In this document: positions 40,506 to 55,025 of the stretch, piece after piece
Position numbering within the stretch: the stretch's first letter is position 1
Layout: the number at the start of each line of letters is the position of its first letter
DNA from: Octopus sinensis
Lineage: Eukaryota
DNA length: 64,000 nt
Direction: 5' to 3'
NCBI RefSeq assembly: GCF_006345805.1
Contig: NC_043000.1
Span: 161,324,001 to 161,388,000, forward strand
Translations under genes and position numbers: made by a program
The notes under the pieces: model-generated
Told to the model about the DNA's origin: nothing
Seen by the model: the letters and a program-made list of their open reading frames with translations, nothing else
Database searches by the model: none

Positions 40506-40647
40506 CAATTATTATTATTATTATTATATTTTATTATTATTATTATTATCATATTATTATTTTATTATTATTATTATTATTATTATATTATTATTATCAT
40601 TATTATTATCATTATTATTATTATCATCATTATTATTAATATTATTA

Positions 40648-40762
40648 TAAACAAACAACAGATTAGACAGTTGGAAAAGAAACTATTAACGTCGGGCTAC
40701 AACAAGTAAGCTTAGATGCCAAGAACCCTCCTAAGTATTCCTAGCTGTCCCTAATAACCCTG
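40648..40762 (-). mobile_element. Short 3' end of a second Dong-like subfamily (stack member 3)
   Basis: Matches 42521-42630 (caacagattagac..gttagaaaag..gctacaacaagta..atgccaagaaccctcctaagt); embedded in (TTA)n. Confidence 0.75.
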
Positions 40763-40828
40763 TTGTTATTGTTGTTGTTGTTGTTATTAATATTATTATT
40801 ATTATTATCATTATTATTATCATTATTA

Positions 40829-40880
<52 letters not shown>

Positions 40881-40892
40881 CATTATTATTAA

Positions 40893-40943
<51 letters not shown>

Positions 40944-40946
<3 letters not shown>

Positions 40947-42490
40947 GTGACTTTTGCTTCATAATTGTAGAAGTTGGCCCCAAGTCTCACCCAGAGACCT
41001 CAAGTTATAACAGGTTGGAAGTTCGTGTTATTGTTATGCTTAGTGTGCTATATATTTGGTTTTGTATTTAGTGTTGTACTAGTGAATGTCTAAAAAAGAA
41101 ATTAATTAATAAAATGAAATTTTAAAAAAACAAGAATTATGTTTGTTTTAAAACTTGAGATTACATAGAAAGTATGTTGCCTAGGATATGAGCAGTTCCC
41201 ATGAGCACTATCTTTTGAATTTCTGCCATTTTGGGGTTTCCTGGTATCTGAGTTAGGTAGCGATCAGCCCCTTTTGCTATCATTCCCAAGGCATCTATGA
41301 CAACAGGTATTGTTTTAGTCTTCAAGTTCCACATTTTGCTGATTTCTATTTCAAGATCTTTATATTTGCTCAGTTTTTGGTAGGTCTTGACAGATACGTT
41401 TATATCGATTGGGACAGTCATATCAATGATGAGGCATGTTCTTTGTTTGAAGTCTTTCAATATGATGTCTGGCCTATTTGCATCTATGTTTCTGTCAGTT
41501 TGAATGGGGAAGTTCCAGAGGAGTGAGATGTGGTCATTTTCAAGCATTGGAGGTGGTTCGTGTTCCCACCAGTTTTTTTTCATGGGGCAAATCCAGGTTT
41601 TTGCAAATTACCCAGTGAATATATTGTGCAGCTCTATCATGCCTGTTGAGATACTCTGTAGGCGCTAGACGACTGCACTTGGAGACAACATGATCAATGG
41701 TTTCATTTTGTTGTTGACAGACACGACATGTTGGGCTACTGCCGTTCTTTAATATGTTGGCCTGGTAGTCCCTTGTTGGTAGGCATTGATCTTGAGCTGC
41801 TATGATAAACCCTTCTGTTTCAGATTTTAAGCCAGAGGCCATTAGCCATTGATGGGTCAGGGCTTTGTCAACATCCGCAGTATTCGCTCTCTTTGGGTAT
41901 TTGCCATAGAGAGGTTTTTCTTGCCATTTATCATTCTGAATATCTAAGGCAGCAGTTTTAGCACGGGTTTTCATGCATTTAGCTTTTTCTGTGCTTGTTT
42001 CTTCTATTTCTAATTCCGAAATTTGTTGTATTCGGAATTCACTTAGATATTCTTTTGCCTGTTTTGTTACTGAGTATGATGCTTTCTTGTTTTCATGTTT
42101 TGAGACAAGTTTTAACATCTAGTCCTCAGAGTTTTTCAGGCAGGTGTCTAGGCCAATTGTAGCAATCTTCATTTTCTTTTTGCCAGTTTTGCCACGGCCT
42201 CCCTCTTTTCTTGGCAGATAAAGTCGTTCTGTATCTGCCTTAGGGTGGTGCATTCTATGCATTGTCAACAGTTTTCGTATTTTCTGTCAAGATTACATAT
42301 TTCAGTAATTGACCAGTTAATGATATTGAAACTATAAGTCACGATTGGTATGGCTAAAGCATTGATCGCTTCGATCCTGTTTCTGGCATTCAGCTCTGTC
42401 TTGAGTATTGCTCTTACTCTGGGATAATATTCTCTCCTGATCCTTTCCTTCATCACCGAATGCCTTATTCCGTCCCCTTCAATTACCCTA
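40944..42490 (-). mobile_element. R4/Dong-type LINE, 5'-truncated (stack member 4)
   Basis: TCRVCQQQNETIDHVVSKC..RHD zinc knuckle, NRPDIILKD..DMTVPID RLE; same subfamily and 3' UTR as 38486-40505; flanked by (TTA)n. Confidence 0.92.
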
Positions 42491-42520
42491 TTATTATTAA
42501 TATTATTATTATTATTATTA

Positions 42521-43196
42521 CTCTACACTCAACAGATTAGACTGTTAGAAAAGAAAATTATCCTAACATCAGGCTACAACAAGTAGCCTTCAATGCCAAG
42601 AACCCTCCTAAGTGTCCTAGCTGTCCCTAGTAACATTGTTTTCTGCAACCGTACTAAACTAGGTTTTATGCCTATTTCCTTTAGCCATCTGTTCAGATCT
42701 TTAGGAATAGTTCCCAATGCACCTATAACTACAGGGATACATTTTACTTGTACTTTCCATAGTCTCTGTAATTCAATAGCTAGTATCTGGTACTTTGCTA
42801 TTTTTGCTATCCTTCTCATATTAATTTTTCATCATTTGGGACTGCAAAGTCAATTATCTGGCACTTTCTAATATCTTTATCTACTACAACCAAATCATGT
42901 CTTTTAGCTTCTATTAGTCCCTCACTCTGAATGTTAAAGTACATCTTGTACATCTTAATTTCTAATACTATACTAGGTTCATGTTCATACCATTTATCGG
43001 CACGTTCATATATATATATATATAGCTCCCAGGGGATTGCTCTCTTTAGACAGTCATGTCTTTTCCTATATTCTTTCTGCGATAGCATGCAACACTCACT
43101 TACTATATGAGTAACGCTTCTCTTTTGATTTGCATAATCTACATTGAAAATCTACTTGGTTTTTGTCTGTCTTGGCTTTTATCCAGTTAGTCCTGG
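42521..43196 (-). mobile_element. Dong-like LINE, second subfamily, 3' fragment (stack member 5)
   Basis: QCRLCKSKE, RHD, KWYEHEP, DLVVVDK..CQIIDFAVPND, IPVVIGALG, GTARTLRRVLG; flanked by (TTA)n. Confidence 0.85.
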
Positions 43197-43197
43197 A

Positions 43198-43259
<62 letters not shown>

Positions 43260-43337
43260 CATCATTATTATTATTATCATCGTCATCATCGTTATTATTG
43301 TTGTTGTTGTTGTTTTTGTTGCTGTTGTTGTTATCGT

Positions 43338-43692
43338 TATTATATATTTGACTTTTGCTTTGTATTTGTACAAGTTGACTCCAAGTCTCACCCAGAGACC
43401 TCAAGAGACAAGGTAGAATTTCATGATGATGTTATGTCTAGAGTGTCATATATTTGGTTTTGCACATAGTATTTTTCTAGAGAATGTTTAAGAAACCATA
43501 AGAAAATTATAAATTTTTTTTTTAATTTGAGATGACATTGACAGTAGTTTACGTAGGATATGGACAGTTCTCATGAGCACTATCTTTTGAATTTCTGCCA
43601 TTTTAAGGTTTCTTGGTATCTGAGCAAGGAAGGAATTAGCCCCTTTTGCTATCATTCCTGGGGCACCTATGGCAACAGGTATTGTTTTAGTC
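43338..43692 (-). mobile_element. R4/Dong-type LINE short 3' fragment (stack member 6)
   Basis: KTIPVAIGAPGMIAKGA..IQKIVLMRTVHILRK plus the same 3' UTR as members 2 and 4; flanked by degenerate (TTA)n. Confidence 0.85.
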
Positions 43693-45407
43693 AATCATTT
43701 TAGTTATTTTAGTTGTTATTGTTGTTATTATTAATATTATTATTATAATTATAACTACTACTATTACTACTATTATTATTTCTAGTATTATCATCATCAT
43801 CATTATTATTTTTATTATTATTATTTCAAATAGTTTGATTTGGCTTCTCATGATTCTTAGAGAGTTATTCCAGACAGTTTGTGTGTATGTGTGCGTGCGT
43901 GCGCTTTTGTGTTTATACACACATGTGTATATATAGAGAGAGGTATACGGATAATAAGAGAGAAGGCGAAAGCGATAGAGAGTGGCAGGGACATCTATCA
44001 AGAGTTTGCTTGTTGTGGAAGAAACGCTGTTTCAATTTATTGCCGTCCTTTAGTAGTTCTTTGGACACACATACGCACATATATACACAAGCATATATCA
44101 TGCATACATACAAATATATACATATTCATTCACACTCGTGCATACATACACATATGTATTTTGCTTATTGTCAGAACAAGCTAAACCACGAACTATCAAA
44201 AGAAATCCGTACAGACAAGCATAATTGTTGATAAAACCTTTTAAAAACTTATTTTATCTAACGAATTCTTATTTAGAACTAAAGTCATTTAACACTAAAA
44301 TGTCTACCTGAAGAAGTATATATAAAATCTATCAAGGATACCTGGCAGTAAGGAAAAGTTTACCAATAGTAATCAAAAGATGTGTGTAGGAGGGAATACT
44401 CTTATGAGATTAGAGAGATTAACTTATTTCCTATGTTACAATAAAATAATGGCACTACTGTAACTAGAAATTACAAAAATTATATTCTGCACTTGTTTTT
44501 TTTTTACTAGTGTGTACATATAAGTTTTAAAAGTTGATATTTCCTAAGGCAATGCATAGGCGTCTGTTGTCAATGAGTAGGATTTAGAGCTTAATATCTA
44601 TGATTTTTCTCTTAGGTAGCAAAATATTAATCATAGAAAATATATTAAGATGACATTTAAAAATGCGTTGTGGCAAAATGTGTATTTCAACCAATTTTCA
44701 CCAATGCATTTATACCAATGTTGAAAGTAAAATGGGAGCAAAATCTCGTTTGAGGAATAAGGGCGTATGTGTATCCTTATCATTATCTGTCATATCAATA
44801 AACTCCTACTCACTCTTATATTTTACTCACTCTAAAACACACGTTTAAATTCCCTTATAGCTATATACATTTTTACGCATGAATACGTCAAGTAGGATGC
44901 GTGTAGGTACCCATTAAATCTTTGAAGCACGTTTACATTAAAGCTTATTTACAGAAAACATTTATACGAATGAAGTTTGTGAAGAATTGGTGAGGGTAAA
45001 GTATTTTGGTATAATTTTCAAAGAGATTTTTGTCGAAATTCTCGATGTTGATGGAAAGATAAAAGCGTATGATAATGAATATGTTACACTAAACATCATG
45101 GCAAATTTGAAATATCTAAAAGTTCTGTAAATTGTGTCCTTGCATGAGGAAATTCTTTCTGAGAGTCTGTGAAAATTAAAAAGAAATCATTTTTAAAATC
45201 TCGTATGGTTCTGCAGTACAAAGTGTTCTTTCGATTCCTATTGCATTACATAGCATTTGTGAGTATTATATCGTTTATATATAATATCATAAATATGATA
45301 TTGAGTATAATATATTTTTTATTCGAACACTGAAAAATGTTTACTTCTGTTTTGTCTAGATTTGAAACCTTGCATTGTACCGGAGATTTAATCGAATTTT
45401 TGTGAAG

Positions 45408-45409
<2 letters not shown>

Positions 45410-45449
<40 letters not shown>

Positions 45450-45502
45450 AATATATATATTATATAATATACATATATATATATATATACATATATATAT
45501 AT

Positions 45503-45562
<60 letters not shown>

Positions 45563-45768
45563 ACATATATATATATATGCATACATACATATATATATAT
45601 ACGTGTGTGCTTGTGTATACGTATGTATGTGTATATATATATACATATACAAACATTATACATATATATGTATGTATGTATATATATATATATATATGTG
45701 TGTGTATGTTTGTGTATGTATATATATATATATATGTATGTAAATATATATATATATGTATGTATGTA

Positions 45769-45800
<32 letters not shown>
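45410..45800. repeat. Long (TA)n-based compound microsatellite
   Basis: Direct read; a similar array lies at 26560-26778. Confidence 0.9.
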
Positions 45801-45802
<2 letters not shown>

Positions 45803-45949
45803 GGTTAAGTAATTGAGATTCAAGTGAATTCTAAAGAATTCACATGAATATGGTCCTTAACTAGGATGCACCGGAAATCTATATGGTGTTAACCATACGA
45901 CAAGTGGGGTGATTACAAATAGGAAAAAAGCAACAAGAATGGATTAAAA

Positions 45950-45995
<46 letters not shown>

Positions 45996-46067
45996 GAGGT
46001 TGTGTTAACCTCATGAAGGGATGGTTTCATGCAAGGAAATACTGGTTCAATACCTAGTATATTTGAG

Positions 46068-46514
46068 GAATGAACATTTTCGCCATATTTTGCTATATTT
46101 CAGTAAAGGTCAGAAAGCTGCTAAAACTCACAAAGAGATACATGAAGTGTATGGTGTTGATTGCTTAACAGATCTACGTGTCAGAAATGGTTTTAAAATT
46201 TCCGTTCCGGAGATTTTTCACTCAAAGTTGACTAAAGTTCTGGTCGACCGATGATGACTGTATCAAAGCCATAATCGAATCTGATTTTCATATAACTGTG
46301 CGTGGGATCGCAGAGAGGTGAAATGTATGACACACAATTGAAACTAACTTAAAATGTCTTGGTCTCGCCAAGAAGCTTGATATTTGGTTTGCACATACAT
46401 TGAAAGATTCAAATTAGCACATCAATATTTTCGATATGCATCTCAAACACAATGAAATCGATCTTTTCTGAAACGAATCCTCACTGATGAAGAAAAATGG
46501 ATTGTCTACAATAA
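46068..46514 (+). mobile_element. Mariner transposase remnant (N-terminal half)
   Basis: NEHFRHILLYF.KGQKAAKTHKEI.EVYG, frameshifted CQKWF..FRSGDFSL, and RI.T.EEKWIVYNNINRKRSW (mariner TGDEKW first-Asp region). Confidence 0.85.
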
Positions 46515-49500
46515 CATCAATCGGAAACGCTCATGGTCCAAGCGTAATGAACCAGCACAAACCGCATCGAAAGCCTGGTACTTCAACGTATGTATTATAA
46601 GTGTTGATGCCTTGCACACAATAACAATTTTACTATTGCCTGTGTCTTGTGGATGTTTCTATTAGTACTTTCTTACGGTTGACTACATCATTTTTCCTAA
46701 TCCTCGGAAAATATTCAGTGTAGTGAACATTTTACAATAAATTTCTAGTAGCATATGACCTCTGCCTCATAACATCTGTAGTAAATATAATATCATTTGG
46801 TGTGGTGTATTTTAAATGCATCATTCCTGCCTTCCTGAATATACTTATTAGTTATTTTAGCATAAATTTGAGAATAGTTGCCTAAGCTTTAACTATTAAT
46901 GTATTACGTATATAATGTTCGTTTCAAACAGTTTCTTTCGTTTCTCTGCCCTTTAGCAATTCTAATCCATTAATTACTTAGTATTCGTAATTGCATCTAT
47001 TTCAATTATCGTATTCTCTATTTCTTTAACTAACATTTATTTATCATGATATCAGTATTCTTAAGTTTTTCAGCGTAGTTTTCTGACTTCGCGTAGCTTT
47101 CGTCTCCATTTTCTAATAACAATGATGCCAGCATTATATAATCAGACGTGTATAACTTAATGCTCTACATTCGCAAAACATATTTAATTGGTCTGCCATG
47201 GACTTTCTGGCGGTGTCCAGTCTGTTTTAATTTGTTGCTTAAATGTGTTAGAAACAGGCAGAAAAAAATGAAGAGAGGCAATTTCCTTATAACACAGACG
47301 GGATTTGTTCTTGTACTCTTCTCTAATGTTTGTATATGCAGCAAAGTTTGCCATTTATTCATGACAGTATTATTATTGGTGTCATACTCTAGTTTCTAAC
47401 ATTTCGAGGAATTTGTGCGGGATGCACAGTCAAATATATTCTGGCTGTTCATTCATGCAATGCTTAAACTTTTCGTTGTAATATTCCAGTCTTCGATCGG
47501 AGTTTGTTCAGTAATGCATCATTAAAATTACATAATTCTTTGAAACGTTACATTTTTATATTTAACCGCTTGAAAATTATTTTCTTTCTTTTTCACTTAT
47601 TTATCATTTGCTGCAGGATTGTCATTATGGTCTTTCAAGCTGTGGACGTGGAGATTATGGGTTTGTTGTTATGAGTGTTTACTAATTCTACACAGTTGAA
47701 ATTATGATGGATTTTTCATTCCGTGAACTATTTACATGCTGTTTCCAGCTAAGAGTTTGCTTGTTGAATGATGCAACCAGCGGTTTAGGATAAAATATTC
47801 CTCGGTGTTTTCCATCTTTTCGTTATCTTTTTTTTATTTCTCTCCTTTCGTTTTTTTTTTTTCTTTTTCCTCTGGCCTAATCCTTTAATCTTTAGTCTCC
47901 CGGCTTTGTCGAGCAGTTACTGCTTTTGACAATTTGGTCCGTGCTGAATTTTTCCCTGTCCATTTCTGTTTCCAACAGTTGTTCTTCTACTCCCGTAGTT
48001 GTGTTGATGCTGCTGCAAAGTGATATTTTTTAATTTGATCTAGTTCTTCACAAAAAATTTATTGAGTCGTTATTGCTTCTCAAATCAACGGAATTTTTGC
48101 GATTTGATGAGGATATCTCATATTTGTGTATTATCTGTCGCTTCCGTTTGCGTTTTTTTTCTTTCATATATACTTTTATTACTAATTTCGCTGAAGACCG
48201 CAGTATGCAGTCTGCCATTTTGTATATGCTTTGTATGTTTGTTCATCGTGTTGCTTGCATGCTTTGTAATAGTTATATTCGAGAAAATTAAAGGTAATAC
48301 TCACCTTGCTTTGTAACTGCTATTGTGACCGTATGTCATTTGGTTTATATTATATTGATGATTCTGTCTGTCTCCGTTAGTTCCAAAACGGACAGATTTT
48401 CTTTGCTATTATTATTGTTGTATGTCTTTCAGTTTAGATTTATTTGAGCGAAACTTTCATTGGCCCATAGCAAGATCTGTTGAATTCAACGTTTATCACA
48501 TTTAAGTGATCTTATTCTGAATTTGCATCTTCTGAATTTTCTGTCTGAAAACATTCTATTCACTATATTTTTAGTTAGTATTCTGTTAGTGTTCCAATGT
48601 GATATTTTTGTATTTTGTTATTGATTTCGTGTTTAGGTCGATCTTAGCTAACGTTCTCAATGTTGTAATTGCGCGGTTTTATTCTCCTTGTTTGAGTTTT
48701 CCCTTCTTTTATTTTGATCGTTTTTATGTTTTTGCTGAGTTCTTGCTTTCAAGCTCGGCTGACAGCACTGGTATCTCGACTGAATTCATCTCGAACTGGT
48801 AAATACACGTACCAGTGCTTCTACAATGAGTATAGATGACGTGCGTATATATTGAGTAATCTTCCTAAGTTTATATTCTGCATTCCTTTACACTGTGTAT
48901 TCCAGGAAGGGAAGAGAAAATAAAAGAAATTTGCTCAATTATCCCATGCTTTTGTTCACCGTTTTCTGTGCTCTTGTATGTCGTTCTAAAATTATTTTGT
49001 CGGGTAACATTTTACTCGTTCCTTTTCATGTAAGAAACGTTTTCTCAGCGAAACATTACTGGTGTAACACCAACTAAAATCTAGTGACCTGATACCCCAA
49101 ACCCCAAATTTTTAGTGATACCTAAACAAACCCGAAGACGTGCTGCCAAGCACTCAAACTATGTGACACGTTAGAATAAGGAAATTATAGAAGGATAATT
49201 GTGTAAGTGATGAGTTAACGCATTTTATTACAACTTCTCCAATCGCAATTATTAATAATGTTGATGATAAGTGTGCACCCTAACAAACCGGGATCACGTC
49301 TACGATCTCACAGTTTCTCTTGTCCACTATGAATATATGTGGCCTTCTTACTTCTGTTACTCGTGTTCATCATCACAGACTCTGGTTTGTGTTCATACCA
49401 CTGTTACTATGAATCCACCTCTCTAGCTGAGGAGGTATCATAAAGCTGGGATATATCAAGGATTGTCTCCACTAATGACCAGAAAAGGGAAGTCATTGGG

Positions 49501-49954
49501 TAATATTACATGTTTCTGATTGCATATTTCTATTTCCTCTTTCAAAGTTCCTGCATTAAATGTATTAAACTCTCAAGCCACCGAGCCTCATTCATTTCGA
49601 TGTCGTTTCTGCATTGTTTCTGCAAACATATTTCATCTTGTGTATTTACTTATTCATCCATCACTTCTTCCTCTAGTATAGCAGAGAGTGATCTTCACCG
49701 ATAGGTTCAGAATAATACCGAAACACTGTAAGCATTGTCTCCCGTAGTTGCTAGGAAAAGGAAAATTATATTATTTATTGGCTGATATTGTTTGCTCTTC
49801 ACTCTCACATATCGAATATCGAGTTATCGTATATTACCCTTTCATTGGCTCCAGCCATTGTTTCCTAGTCATGTTACAGTACCGAAAAATAATATTAAAA
49901 ACAGTGTCTTCTTAGTAAAATACACATCTTACATTTTTCTTTATTTCTCATCCT

Positions 49955-50377
49955 CTCACTACCTCTCCCTCTCTCTTTCCTCTCTTTCTCTCTCTCCCCC
50001 TCTCTTTATCACGCCTCTCTCTTTCTCTCTCTTTTTATTTCCTCTCCTCTCTTTCTCTCTACCAGTCTCTCTTTATCTTTCCTCTCTCTTTTCTTTCTCT
50101 CTCTCCCTCTCTCTTTCTCTCTCTCCTCTCTTTCTCCCTCTCCTCTCTTTCTCTCTCCCTTTCTCCCCTCTCTTTCTCTCTCCCTCTCTCTTTATCACTC
50201 CTCGCTCTCCCTTTCTATTTCTCTCTCTTCTTTTTCTCTTTCCTTTCTCTCTCACCCTCTCTCCTTATCTCTTCTTTCTCTCTCTTTATCTCTCCTTTCT
50301 CTCTCTTTCTCTCTCCCTCTCTTTCTCTCCCTCTCTCTTTTTCTCTTCCATACACACACTCTTTTAACTCTCTCTAC

Positions 50378-50429
<52 letters not shown>

Positions 50430-50492
50430 ATATCTGTCTGTCTGTTTATCTGTCTGTCTGTCTGTCTATCTATCGATCTATCTATCTATCTA

Positions 50493-50529
<37 letters not shown>

Positions 50530-50625
50530 ATATATATATATCTATCCATCTATCTATCTATCTATCTATCCATCTATCTATCCATCTATCCATCTATCCA
50601 TCCATCTATCTATCTATCTATCTAT
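49955..50625 (+). repeat. ~400-bp (CT)-rich polypyrimidine tract followed by (TCTA)/(TCTG)/(TCCA)n
   Basis: Direct read. Confidence 0.9.
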
Positions 50626-51719
50626 CGGTCTCTCTCCATTTCCTTTCATCAAAATACCATGTCTTAGTAAAATTAAATGCAACTCCTACATCCACATCTG
50701 AAATATGAATATATTAATTACTAAACAATAACTTTGTTTATTTATTTATCTATTCATTCATTCATTCATTTAGTTTTGAAAGATGCGTGTGAGTTTCACA
50801 AACTTCATCTACCACACTTTATAATACTCATGTTTAGGTGATAATAATGTGTCGTGCTTAAGGCCAAAACATAGCACCAGTGTCTATAAAGATGGTTTGA
50901 GCACACAATTCTAGTACCGCCAATATTTCTATTCGCTATTCTCTTTTTACTTACTAACCAGAAGCACTTCATCTGTGAAATGATAAACAGAAATTCAGTT
51001 TACTGTACTGACTCATCCGTTTCTATTGGCAACTACTAAATTATGCATTCAGTACCGTTTGTTTTATTGAATTTATCTATTTTTTTTCCCTTTATATCTT
51101 AGGGAAAAGTGTTGTTTCAGTTTGCTGTGTTATTGTATTGTTATATTTATTATTGTTGCGAATTTGTTTGTGATTGTTGATGTTTATATAAAGGGGGTGG
51201 GTGCATTATTTCACAACATTGATGGAAGAGGTTTGTTTGATTTTTGTATATCTTTAGCCACTTGTATTGAGTATCTGTGTGTGTGTGTGTGTGTGTGTGT
51301 GTTTTAGTGTGTGAGTGCGCCTACGCGTGTGAGTAAATGTGTACGCGCGTGTATGCATGTGCGTGTGCTTGTGCGCGGCTGTTTTTATATTCGAAAACCA
51401 ATAAAGGATCCGTTGGTGATGATGTTGATGGGGAGGAAAGGAAGAGGAAAATGAAGAGGGTGAAGCGAAAGAGAATGAGTGGGAAGAAGCGGATGAGGAA
51501 CAGCAGCAGCAGGAGGAGGTGAAGGATAGATGGAGAAATGCTTATTTTGCAGACCTGTTCAAAGCAAGCTTTTCGGCTTTGAAAAAAAATGTCTATTAAA
51601 TCAATTTTTCAGCGCTGATGGTGGGAGAAGAGGGTGAGTATGAGAAAGAAAAGGACGCAAAGGAGATGTAATAGGAGGGAGAGAGGAATTGCAAAATAGG
51701 GGGTAGAAAGATCATGGTC

Positions 51720-51828
51720 AAGGTGACTATGATGATGATGATTATTACTATTATTACAAGCATTATTATTATTTCTATTATTACTATTATTATTATTGTT
51801 GTAGTTGTTGTTATTATTATTATTATTA

Positions 51829-51880
<52 letters not shown>

Positions 51881-51965
51881 TTTATTACCATTATTATTAT
51901 TATTATCATCATCATCATTATCATCATCATTATCAGCACCATCATCATCATCGTTATCATTGTCA
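51720..51965 (+). repeat. (ATT)n/(ATC)n array
   Basis: Direct read. Confidence 0.9.
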
Positions 51966-54839
51966 TTGAGCCTGGAATGTCATTGTCTTCTTGCGGTCGA
52001 GCTGACACTAACGCTATCCTTAAATATAACAGCATCGCGCGCACAATCCACCCAAGTTCCCCAATTTGCTTCATCGCAAAGTAAACTTGTTAATGTATGA
52101 ACAGAAAAATAAACATGGACACATTCAACGAACCACGCATCCAATGGAACTTTGCCCACGCACCATATGACAATAATATAGACCCCACACCATATGAGAA
52201 TTACATAATCCAGATATACTTTAGACTCTACCAACGAAGGCTGTAAAACAAATTCCAACTCAACGGGAGAAATTCAATGCGCTTGCTTCAGCTGCAAGAA
52301 TTAGCAGCCAAATTGTAAATCTCGTTATTGTTTAGTCATAAGAAAAGGAAGGATAGTATCCAATCCATGAACTTCGTTGGTCCTCCGTAATGAGTGATCT
52401 CGGTATAAACACCAACTTGAACTTGGCGCTGCAGAGGGGTTGTGTATAGAGCAAGGAAAATAAGGCTGGGGTGATGTTGCTTCTACTGTAAATACTGTGG
52501 CAGTGAGACAGAGTTCTAGGCATTGAGGAAAAAGAACGCTTGATATATAATTTGCTTGTTCAGAAAGTATAAGTATGAAATGGTCATCGATTGAATGCCT
52601 TTTACCTTGAGTGCGATGACTGTTCCCCCTATGGCCAGCTATATGCAAAGTGAAAGTCGAAGATAAGTAGGATTCTTTACTTGTCTTCATCGCCTCCTTT
52701 CTTAATGTCCATGAGCTTTTGAAGAAAGCGCGAGGCTGTTGGTTCTGGTGTCTTGGTTTACTGATCTTTCTTTCCTGCACGACGAATATTACAATAGTGA
52801 GAATGTTTTATGCAGAACCGACTCCGTTCTTTCGTCTTTCAAACTTGTATTGGTCTGATGTAACACGTACCGTAAGACTAATATTATCCCAATGCAGGAT
52901 TTTTAAGGACTTACTTTCGCTTAAATGAGCTGCAATAGAATTGAAGGTTCTCATCAGTCCTCAGTCCGTTTGGGATACCTGTGAGTGACTTTCTTCTGGA
53001 GGCAATCCCATGACTTGCTAATTAAGCTATAACTAGGATCCTGGCAAGTGCTACTGCTTCGGGTCAGAGAAGACCTGGGATCTATAGTGACTCAGAAGTG
53101 ATTCTACATTCTTTAAAACCCTGAAACTCCAGAGCAAGTGCCCCACTGCCAGATGTTCTTTGAAGCCACATTCATCACAACAGCTACAGTCAACTTTATG
53201 AGTATCATTGCTTCAATGACTACTATCTTTTTCATCGTGACATACTAATCTCCTTCGGCTGGCAATGGCACATCGTCTATGTCAAGTGAACAAGAGTCTG
53301 TTATCATGGTAATGACTATAACGCAGCGATGGTCAGTCTTTGAAACTTCGAACCCCCTTGTCTGAAAATCTGAAATCTTATACTGTCAACCATCTGCAAA
53401 CGCATAAGAGTTATTATTATTGTGAAGTAACGACAAATAACATTTTAAAAATGCTCATTGATTATAGATTTTATATTTCATTCACATATTACCAAAGGGT
53501 GCTATTTTAAAATTTAATTTCAGTAGAGGACCTTTGGAAGCACTCAATCAATAAATAGTCGAGATCTCCAACATTTTACTATGAATTTGTGTATCTCTGT
53601 TAAATATAGTTTTGTTAAATTTCACACAAGTTCTACACTTCACATGCATACATCCGTTTAGTGAGATATATTCCAGTTGTTTAGCGTTAGTTTACTGTAG
53701 AGGATTCTTCGGTGGTCGACAATGTAGTCAAGAATTTTGCTTAGATTAGTTTCAAATCACAATTTCTTTGAATACTTCTCTAAAATCGCTACCACTTCAA
53801 TAAACAAATCTTTCTTCTCGCAAGCAATACGCTGATGAAATTACAACAGTGTCTCTGAATTTCCTTTAAAAATCGATATATTGTGTTCAACTGAACAGTA
53901 TTTTTATACGAGGTTTGAAAACACGACTGTCTTAACATAATTAAGTTCATTGTCCTACAAAATAAGAATACCCTCAAAACTATGGTCTTGGTTGTCGCAG
54001 AAATCGTATTGGACAGGTTCCCAAAGGTACCAGGTGAAAAAGAAAATAGTTTAATGAAACAAGTTAACTAAAAGTATTAAACCATACGATGGAAACGACC
54101 GATTTTTCAACAGTTTTCTAATGTAAAAGAGAAGTATAACGCTAAACCATAGGACGAGTGATATGACAGCAACAGGTTTAACACATTGTGGTTAAAATCT
54201 ATTTGGTACGACAGTGTTTTCAGCATGTAGAGGAGATCACAAGAAGTATGAGTTATTAAACAGTCAAATATACAAATGAATACGCAGTTAATTGAAGAAA
54301 ACATCATTCTACAGGTTAATAGAAACAATTGATTTATAGTTTAGATAACCTTTCGATGAACTTGTTTATAATTGCAGAGTTATTTTATTTCACTTACACT
54401 GGTTCTATTTCTAGAAAAAGCTTGGAAAGTAAATTTATACCATATATTTTGAATATAAAACGTTTGTGCCAAATTCATGTTCTGGTGGATGTTGTAGAGA
54501 AGAGCAAAGCATTCAAGATAACATTAACGCTATCGTTTCTATCTTTTTTTTTTTTGGACCTAACATGGTATCACGGTATTATCATACGACCTGCTAAGAA
54601 TAGCAGTGGAATTCTATTTGACTCATACTTTACTATTTGTTGCTTTAAAACAATGGAGTACAAACAGGGCTGTAAAAATAAATTCAGTTCCTGATATACA
54701 AAAGGATGGACTTCTCAGAGTTTTCAGGGACAATACAGAATATCAATGCTGTCCGATCAGTAGTGACATGAGAATAAACAAAATCAAAATAATTGTCTCA
54801 GCAACTATCATATCTCATATTATGCAATTAGCATTATAT

Positions 54840-55025
<186 letters not shown>

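Noticed and set aside
49300-49720. KWYEHKPESV-like peptide on the minus strand suggesting another RLE LINE remnant
   Set aside because: Only one short motif is readable, so boundaries cannot be supported.
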